Of a stretch of DNA of 64,000 nucleotides, positions 58,007-64,000 are shown piece after piece (positions within the stretch are counted from its first letter, which is position 1; the number at the start of each line of letters is the position of its first letter). This DNA is from a virus. Where the stretch lies: the IMG/VR virus record IMGVR_UViG_3300043438_001221. One strand, written 5' to 3'. Both the position numbers and the translations under genes were made by a program. The notes beneath the pieces are model-generated. The model was not told where the DNA came from. It saw only the letters and a program-made list of their open reading frames with translations, and made no database searches.

Positions 58007-58652
58007 GGATAGGATATTAAGTTTGGATAATACTAATGTTAGATTAACAATGGTTCCACCCAAAGTTTTAGATAACGTCGAAAACGCGATTTTGGATTGT
58101 GTTGAAAACAATGTAGATGGTGATTTTGTAGAGACTGGTGTATGGAAAGGGGGTTGTTCTATACTTGCATACAACATGTATAAACAATTAAATTTAAATA
58201 AAAAAGTTTATTTATATGATTCTTTTGAAGGGCTTCCAAAACCAGACCCGACAAAATATCCAGTAGATAAAGGAGATGATCATTGGACACTTCCAGAGCT
58301 TTCAATTTCTTTGGAAGATGTTAAAGAGAATTTTAAAAAATTCGGAGAATTGGATGAAAATGTAATTTTTATTAAAGGATGGTTTAGAGATACAATACCT
58401 TTAAATGAAATTGACAAAATTTCAATATTGAGGCTTGATGGTGATATGTATGAGAGTACTATCGATCCATTACAATATCTATATCCAAAATTAGCTATTG
58501 GTGGTTATTGCATTGTTGATGATTATGGACACGCTGGAGCTAAAGCAGCGGTAGAAGATTATAGAAAGTTGTACAATATCACAGAAGATATCATTATTAT
58601 TGATGAATCGATTGGTGCATATCCATCCGCTTATTGGAAAAAAGAACGATGA
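57987..58652 (+). CDS. TylF/MycF/NovP family sugar O-methyltransferase
   Basis: GDFVETGVWKGG, DSFEGLP, KGWFRDT, LRLDGDMYEST, VDDY. Confidence 0.92.
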   Translation: MTIQEIKDRILSLDNTNVRLTMVPPKVLDNVENAILDCVENNVDGDFVETGVWKGGCSILAYNMYKQLNLNKKVYLYDSFEGLPKPDPTKYPVDKGDDHWTLPELSISLEDVKENFKKFGELDENVIFIKGWFRDTIPLNEIDKISILRLDGDMYESTIDPLQYLYPKLAIGGYCIVDDYGHAGAKAAVEDYRKLYNITEDIIIIDESIGAYPSAYWKKER

Positions 58653-59425
58653 AAAAGGTATTTGATGTATTCTCATTTTTCAATGAGTTGGATTTGTTGG
58701 AAGTTCGTCTGAACATTCTGGACAAATATGTGGATTATTTTGTGATTGTGGAATCGCGGCAGACCTTCACAGGAGTTGATAAGCCGTTGTATTACGAAGA
58801 AAATAAGGAGCGTTTCAAACAATGGCATTCCAAAATTATCCACCATGTGATGCATGATTTTCCTCAAGACGAAGATCACTATCAGCGAGCATTGAGAAGC
58901 CCAAATGTTGGAGATGGTGCTGAAAATTGGTTGAGAGAATTCTATCAAAAGGAAGCTCCAATCCGCGCACTGGAAAATATTTGTGTCGATGATGACATCA
59001 TTTTTCTTTCTGATTTGGACGAGATTTGGAATCCTGAAAATCCAGATATTTGCTACAATTTACAACATGGGCAAGTATATCGCCCAATTCAAACAGCTTA
59101 TCCATATTATCTAAATAACCGTTCCAATCAGGATATTGGGCATTGGACAGGAACAAGAGTTGGGACATACAAGACTCTGAAACATTATGGATGTAATCAT
59201 TTTAGAACGGAGCGAGAAGCTGAGAGTATTCCCATCTCAAACGGGGGGTGGCATTTCTCTTGGACAAATAAAGATGCAAAATATGAAGCATTTAAATACA
59301 ATGATGTTCAAGCTCGCTATGAAATCGTTTCCAGAGAAAAGACTTGGAAGGACGAATCGGAATTACCAAAATATATTATGAAAAACAAAGAAGAATTAGT
59401 GAAGAAAGGGTTGATGTTACCATGA
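58649..59425 (+). CDS. GT17 (beta-1,4-GlcNAc-transferase-like)
   Basis: FFNELDLLEVRL, VDYFVIVES..TFTG..KPL, SDLDEI, GGWHFS. Confidence 0.9.
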   Translation: MKKVFDVFSFFNELDLLEVRLNILDKYVDYFVIVESRQTFTGVDKPLYYEENKERFKQWHSKIIHHVMHDFPQDEDHYQRALRSPNVGDGAENWLREFYQKEAPIRALENICVDDDIIFLSDLDEIWNPENPDICYNLQHGQVYRPIQTAYPYYLNNRSNQDIGHWTGTRVGTYKTLKHYGCNHFRTEREAESIPISNGGWHFSWTNKDAKYEAFKYNDVQARYEIVSREKTWKDESELPKYIMKNKEELVKKGLMLP

Positions 59426-60021
59426 CACGGACGGAAATTATTAATGCGCTTATTGATAAGCATGGATACGAAGATTATCTGGAGATTGGCGTGAATACTC
59501 CATCACAACCGGGATATAATTGGGTCGGAGTAAAAGCACAAACGAAAACGGGAGTTGATCCCAATGTTGATACCACATTTAAGATGACATCCGATGAATT
59601 CTTTGAAAAGATGTCGCAACATTACTATGACATTGTGTTTGTGGATGGGCTACATATCTTTGAACAGGCTTATCGTGATATCGTAAATTCTTTGAAATGG
59701 TTATCTCCCAACGGAACCATTGTGGTTCATGATTGTAATCCTGTTACGGAAATCACACAACGTCGGGAACGGGCTTCCGATGCGTGGCATGGTGATGTCT
59801 GGAAGGCTATTGTGAAGCTTCGTATGGAGGAAATCGGACTCACTATTCACACGGTTGATACGGATGAAGGATGTGCTATTATTCGTCGTGGAAGTCAAAT
59901 TCTACTCCCCGTTTCTACTGATGAAGACCCCTATGATTATTCATTTTTGGAAAGACGCAGAGTGGAAGCTTTGAATTTGATCAGTGTTGAGGAATTTAAA
60001 AGAATTTATCTTGATTTATGA
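59422..60021 (+). CDS. Class I SAM-dependent methyltransferase
   Basis: YLEIGV, GVDP, TSDEFF, FVDGLH, VVHDC, GDVWK. Confidence 0.88.
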   Translation: MTRTEIINALIDKHGYEDYLEIGVNTPSQPGYNWVGVKAQTKTGVDPNVDTTFKMTSDEFFEKMSQHYYDIVFVDGLHIFEQAYRDIVNSLKWLSPNGTIVVHDCNPVTEITQRRERASDAWHGDVWKAIVKLRMEEIGLTIHTVDTDEGCAIIRRGSQILLPVSTDEDPYDYSFLERRRVEALNLISVEEFKRIYLDL

Positions 60022-60043
60022 TTTTGGTCGCTAAATAATCATA

Positions 60044-63000
60044 ATGAGATTGTTTAGCGAAGAGGTGAAAACCACCTCGTCTAATTCACCTCTGAATATC
60101 ATCCAAGTTGCAAATTTCTCAGAAATTTTCTTCGGTGTTCTAGAGATTGAAATAAACGAGAAAAAATATCCGGTTGAAGAAGTTGTGAAGCACGGGGGAA
60201 ATCCCGTGGTGTTGCTTCCTATCGTGATTGAGGGGGTTGAAAAAGAATATCCATTCCTTCTGTTGAAAGGCAAGCAGGAGATTTTCTTCAACGAAAATAA
60301 TACGGAGATTCCTGTTTCCGATGAGGAAATTCTTGAGGAATCCACGGAAATCGATAGGGAGCAGATTCTCCTTGATATTGAAAAATTGAAAAAGGATTCC
60401 GTTAGAAAGGCACAGGAAGAGCTTTCTCGTCATTTGGAAATCGTCAAGGAAAAAACCAAACGGGAAAAACAAAAGAAAGAAAAAGCTCTCAGGTTGTATC
60501 TGGAGTCCGCAAGGGAAAATCTTGTTGATGAATTTACAACAATCTCCCAGCGGATCAAAAAAGAGGTTTTCGATAAGAATGATGAGAAATATTCGGAAAT
60601 TCGGGAAACGATTGATAACAGGATTGAGGAGATACGCAATTCCCTTGGGGAATCCTTGAGCAAGAATTTCCAGAAATCTTCCCAAATAATTGATAAGTCC
60701 ATCAAGCAATTGGTCAAGGAATTATGGGAAAAGAATATCAATCCAAGGGTTGATAAAGAACTTCATAATATTGCAACCGAAATCCATGAGAAGGTTTCGG
60801 AGATCGACAAGAATCTCAATTCCAAGCTGGATAAAAAAGCTGATCGTTCTTTGGTTGAAGGTGTTAGCAAGGAAATCGATATCATTCGGGATGCCAACAT
60901 TGAGCTTAACAATTCCCTGAACAAAGGCGTTCAGAAAGCATTGTCCCGCGTGGGGAACGTTGATAAGAAGATCGTGGAAATTTCCGAGAAATTTGATAGG
61001 AAAATCTCGGAAACGGAACAAGAAGTCACAGAATATTTCAATGAAAAGTTGACCTTGATTAAGGAAGAAACCATTGATATCACAGATGAAGCTAGAAAAT
61101 ATTTCCAAAATCTGATTCAAGAAAGCAGGGATGGATTGCTTTCTGAAATCCGCACGATCAAGAATGAGAAACCCGTTGAATACATTCTGGAAACCAAAAA
61201 ATCCGGCAAGGTTGTCAAGGATTGGGATTCGATTGAGAAAGAATGGAACACCAAAATCCACGACAAGATTGAAAATGTAAAGACCGATCTTAGGAAATAT
61301 GTGACGGTCTATGCCTCTGGTGGTGGAACCAATGCCACTCAATACCAAGATGGGGGAACGATGAATGGCGACCTGAACGTGACGGGTGCGTATCTTTCCG
61401 CTGGTGTCAATTTATTGGATATCTTTGGTGGTGGAGGTGGTGGATTGACAAATCCTGTGGAAGTGTTGGAATTTGACACCGCCTATGTATCAACTGGTAG
61501 CGAACCCGCTGGTAGCATGTATTGGAACCCAACGGATGAAACGGTTGATTTGGTTCATGATGGGGCTGTCCAACAAATAGGGCAGGAAATGTTCATCAAA
61601 GTCCGCAATGCTTCGGGATCAACTATTCAAAATGGAACGCCCGTTTATTTTGATGGGAGGCAAGGGAACCGCCCCAAAATCTATCCCGCGCAATCCGATT
61701 TGCATTCGACTTCTGCCGTAATGGGGATAACCACCCAAGACATATCCGATGGAGACGATGGATTTATCACCTCTTTTGGTTATGTGCGCCAAATCAAAAC
61801 CAATTATTCGGGGGCTGGAGATTGGGGAACCACTTGGAATGAAGGGGACAACCTTTATGTATCAAAAACCATTACTGGCCAATTAACGAATGTTGAGCCT
61901 TCCGCCCCCCATCATTCAGATGTGGTTGGCCAAGTTGGGATCGTTGGAGCTTTGGGGGTTGGTTCTATTTTCGTAAGCATTCGTCACCATCAAGCTCTGG
62001 AAGATTTATCCGATGTTAATGGCACAGCTTTAACAACAACGGGACAAGTCCCAACATGGAACAATTCGTTAAGTGCTTTTGATTTCAATTACAATATCAC
62101 GGATTATCTCCCTTTAAGTGGTGGCACATTATCTGGTAATCTTTCAGCAAATTCCGTTACGGTTACGGCGGCAGAGATTGGGCGCGATTTGGTTGATGCT
62201 GATGCCGTGGTATTGAATGGTGGTAGAAGCCTTTTATCAAGATTCTGGACTTATGTAAAATCCAAACTTGATCTTGGACAAACAGTTGGCGGCTCGTGGG
62301 CGTTTAGTTCCACCACCAGACCTACAAGCAGCGGGACAGGAACACCCGACGCCAATAGCTTGATTACTTTTGCGGATGCTTTAACTCAACTTGATAGTGT
62401 TATTGGATGGAATCTTATACCATTTATCAACTCTATACAGTCCACTTTCAACGTCGGTGGTTCAAATTCTCTTACACTAAATGCTGTCCATATCCAACTT
62501 ACATCTGGTGGGACTTCTGTAAGTGCTACTGCTGGATATTCATTCAACAGCGCAAATGCTCAAGGTATTTTACCATATAAAGGTAGTGAAACATTGATTC
62601 ATTGGTCAAAAAGATTAAAAGTTCGACTCGGTATTGCAATGGCTTCTTTTGATGGTGATGCAATTGGATGGTTTTGGGTTGGTTGTGATTCTACCGCTCC
62701 TGTTGGTAATGCACCCCCAAATACTTTGCGAGGTTATGGATTAAGGTTTGATAACAGCGGCGGAACGGTTCGTATCACCCCTGTTACCCATGATGGAACA
62801 AATTACATTTACGGAACCCCTGTTACCCATACTCAAACCGTATATACGATGGATATGTATAATGGCACAATGAATGTTTTTAATGCTGATAATACATTGG
62901 TGGCTACTGTTTCTGGTGGTAGGTCAATTGATTCCGCAACCAATAGATCGGTTCAACTTCATTGCCAAACCACATTAAATAATGGTGTTGGCAACAACTA

Positions 63001-63049
63001 TTTCCGTTTTCGAGTAAACCGTATGGAATTTAAATTCCTAGAATCTTAA
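60044..63049 (+). CDS. Long fibre protein: coiled-coil N-half, beta-rich receptor-binding C-half
   Basis: TAAATA 60032-37; ~400 aa coiled coil, SGGGT hinge, LEDLSDV and LPLSGGTLSG fibre repeats. Confidence 0.7.
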   Translation: MRLFSEEVKTTSSNSPLNIIQVANFSEIFFGVLEIEINEKKYPVEEVVKHGGNPVVLLPIVIEGVEKEYPFLLLKGKQEIFFNENNTEIPVSDEEILEESTEIDREQILLDIEKLKKDSVRKAQEELSRHLEIVKEKTKREKQKKEKALRLYLESARENLVDEFTTISQRIKKEVFDKNDEKYSEIRETIDNRIEEIRNSLGESLSKNFQKSSQIIDKSIKQLVKELWEKNINPRVDKELHNIATEIHEKVSEIDKNLNSKLDKKADRSLVEGVSKEIDIIRDANIELNNSLNKGVQKALSRVGNVDKKIVEISEKFDRKISETEQEVTEYFNEKLTLIKEETIDITDEARKYFQNLIQESRDGLLSEIRTIKNEKPVEYILETKKSGKVVKDWDSIEKEWNTKIHDKIENVKTDLRKYVTVYASGGGTNATQYQDGGTMNGDLNVTGAYLSAGVNLLDIFGGGGGGLTNPVEVLEFDTAYVSTGSEPAGSMYWNPTDETVDLVHDGAVQQIGQEMFIKVRNASGSTIQNGTPVYFDGRQGNRPKIYPAQSDLHSTSAVMGITTQDISDGDDGFITSFGYVRQIKTNYSGAGDWGTTWNEGDNLYVSKTITGQLTNVEPSAPHHSDVVGQVGIVGALGVGSIFVSIRHHQALEDLSDVNGTALTTTGQVPTWNNSLSAFDFNYNITDYLPLSGGTLSGNLSANSVTVTAAEIGRDLVDADAVVLNGGRSLLSRFWTYVKSKLDLGQTVGGSWAFSSTTRPTSSGTGTPDANSLITFADALTQLDSVIGWNLIPFINSIQSTFNVGGSNSLTLNAVHIQLTSGGTSVSATAGYSFNSANAQGILPYKGSETLIHWSKRLKVRLGIAMASFDGDAIGWFWVGCDSTAPVGNAPPNTLRGYGLRFDNSGGTVRITPVTHDGTNYIYGTPVTHTQTVYTMDMYNGTMNVFNADNTLVATVSGGRSIDSATNRSVQLHCQTTLNNGVGNNYFRFRVNRMEFKFLES

Positions 63050-63061
63050 ATATTATAAAAT

Positions 63062-63442
63062 ATGGCACTAATCACACCAAAAACACAAGTAGAAGAGGAT
63101 GTATCTGAAAAGGATGCTGGTGTTCTTCGTTCCGCAGAGGCATTACATCATGCCGCAACTGTCATAAAGCATGAAAATATGCGTTTCTGGTCGTTGCCCA
63201 CTGATCGTTTATTAGCAGTTCTTAACTATAATATCCCCCAAACCTTATCGGTTTTCGCCGCCAATGCGCAAGCTGCTGTAGCGATCAATGCCCTATTGGA
63301 TGCAGTTGATTCACCGCGCTTTTCCAATCGTTTGCCTACAGAAATGGGTAGGAGCGATGTGATGTTTGATGGGAATCAATTTGTGGTAATCCCTCCAGAA
63401 CCACCAGAGGAACAGGAACCAGAAGAAGAATTACCCGAATAA
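63062..63442 (+). CDS. Hypothetical protein, possible fibre chaperone
   Basis: Directly after the fibre gene; TAAATA at 63047. Confidence 0.45.
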   Translation: MALITPKTQVEEDVSEKDAGVLRSAEALHHAATVIKHENMRFWSLPTDRLLAVLNYNIPQTLSVFAANAQAAVAINALLDAVDSPRFSNRLPTEMGRSDVMFDGNQFVVIPPEPPEEQEPEEELPE

Positions 63443-63444
63443 TC

Positions 63445-63909
63445 ATGGGTTCTTTGGGATTATCAAAACGGAACAAGAAGTTCCACCAAGGATTTTATGT
63501 TCCAAAAAATATTCAAAAATATGTCGGTAAAATTGATAACATCATATACCGATCTGGTTTGGAATTGAAGTTCTTCCGCTTCTGTGATAATAATCCAAAT
63601 GTGGTGGAGTGGGGAAGTGAGGAAATCGCCGTGCCTTATTTTGACACGTTGCAGCGCAAGCAGCGTAAATATTTTATTGATGCTTATGTGAAGATACAGG
63701 AGGGCGATATTATAAAAAAATATCTGGTGGAAGTCAAGCCTTGGAAGCAGACGCAAGAGCCGAAAGCTGGAAAGGGTAAGAAGAAAGCCAATCTGTTGTA
63801 TGAACAGGTCGCTTTCCAGAACTTACAAGACAAGATAAAATTTGCAAAAGAATTTGCAAAAAAACATAATATGGATTTTATTATAATCACTGAAAAAGAA
63901 TTAAATTAA
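63445..63909 (+). CDS. gp4: Head completion nuclease (gp4-like, TnsA fold)
   Basis: P.N..KY.G, YRSGLE, CDNNPNV..WGSE, YFID, EVKP..QT, IITEKEL. Confidence 0.9.
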   Translation: MGSLGLSKRNKKFHQGFYVPKNIQKYVGKIDNIIYRSGLELKFFRFCDNNPNVVEWGSEEIAVPYFDTLQRKQRKYFIDAYVKIQEGDIIKKYLVEVKPWKQTQEPKAGKGKKKANLLYEQVAFQNLQDKIKFAKEFAKKHNMDFIIITEKELN

Positions 63910-63942
63910 TGTATTTATGAGGATGTGGCATTAAGTAATAAT

Positions 63943-64000
63943 ATGCCGAACAAAATAAATACCGAAATTTTCATAGAAAGGTCGAAAAATATACACGGCG
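63943..64000 (+). CDS. Start of a putative homing endonuclease-like gene (truncated by window)
   Basis: MPNKINTEIFIERSKNIHG resembles the T.EFI.....HG repeat of phage homing endonucleases; TAAGTA 5 nt upstream. Confidence 0.5.
   Translation, partial: MPNKINTEIFIERSKNIHG

Noticed and set aside
63445-63909. Tn7 TnsA transposon gene
   Set aside because: Motifs and context fit T4 gp4; no tnsB/C
1-64000. tRNA or rRNA genes
   Set aside because: No cloverleaf or T-loop signatures noticed in the few intergenic gaps; tRNAscan-SE not run

Overview
This is a 64-kb fragment of a large T4-like (myovirus) phage genome, AT-rich, with no tRNA, rRNA or CRISPR array seen. Positions 1-11950 (+) hold baseplate/tail structural genes, ending in a Thr/Pro-rich mucin-like protein and a glycosyltransferase with polypeptide-GalNAc-transferase-like motifs. 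Positions 12-46 kb (mostly -) hold the replication/recombination module: primase gp61, clamp gp45, SSB gp32, a degenerate DHH protein, helicase gp41, UvsX, PolB gp43, gp46/gp47, late sigma gp55, UvsW and UvsY. This module is interleaved with small accessory genes, two DNA methyltransferases, two glycosyltransferases, a solo TnpB and antisense late genes. Positions 46-64 kb (mostly +) hold an AT-rich divergence region, a GIY-YIG nuclease, candidate internal head proteins, PhoH, a putative dNMP kinase, an 8-enzyme glycan cluster, a 1001-aa fibre and gp4. Main findings: (1) a candidate phage-encoded mucin-type O-glycosylation system; (2) gp46/Rad50 split at the zinc hook by an inserted gene; (3) a transposase-less TnpB under a phage late promoter, with an 11-bp duplication suggesting RNA-guided homing; (4) a recurrent TTAAAAACTAG-nn-TAYAAT promoter heading accessory genes, with near-leaderless mRNAs implied for all promoter classes. 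All protein assignments come from motif recognition by eye; no searches were run.
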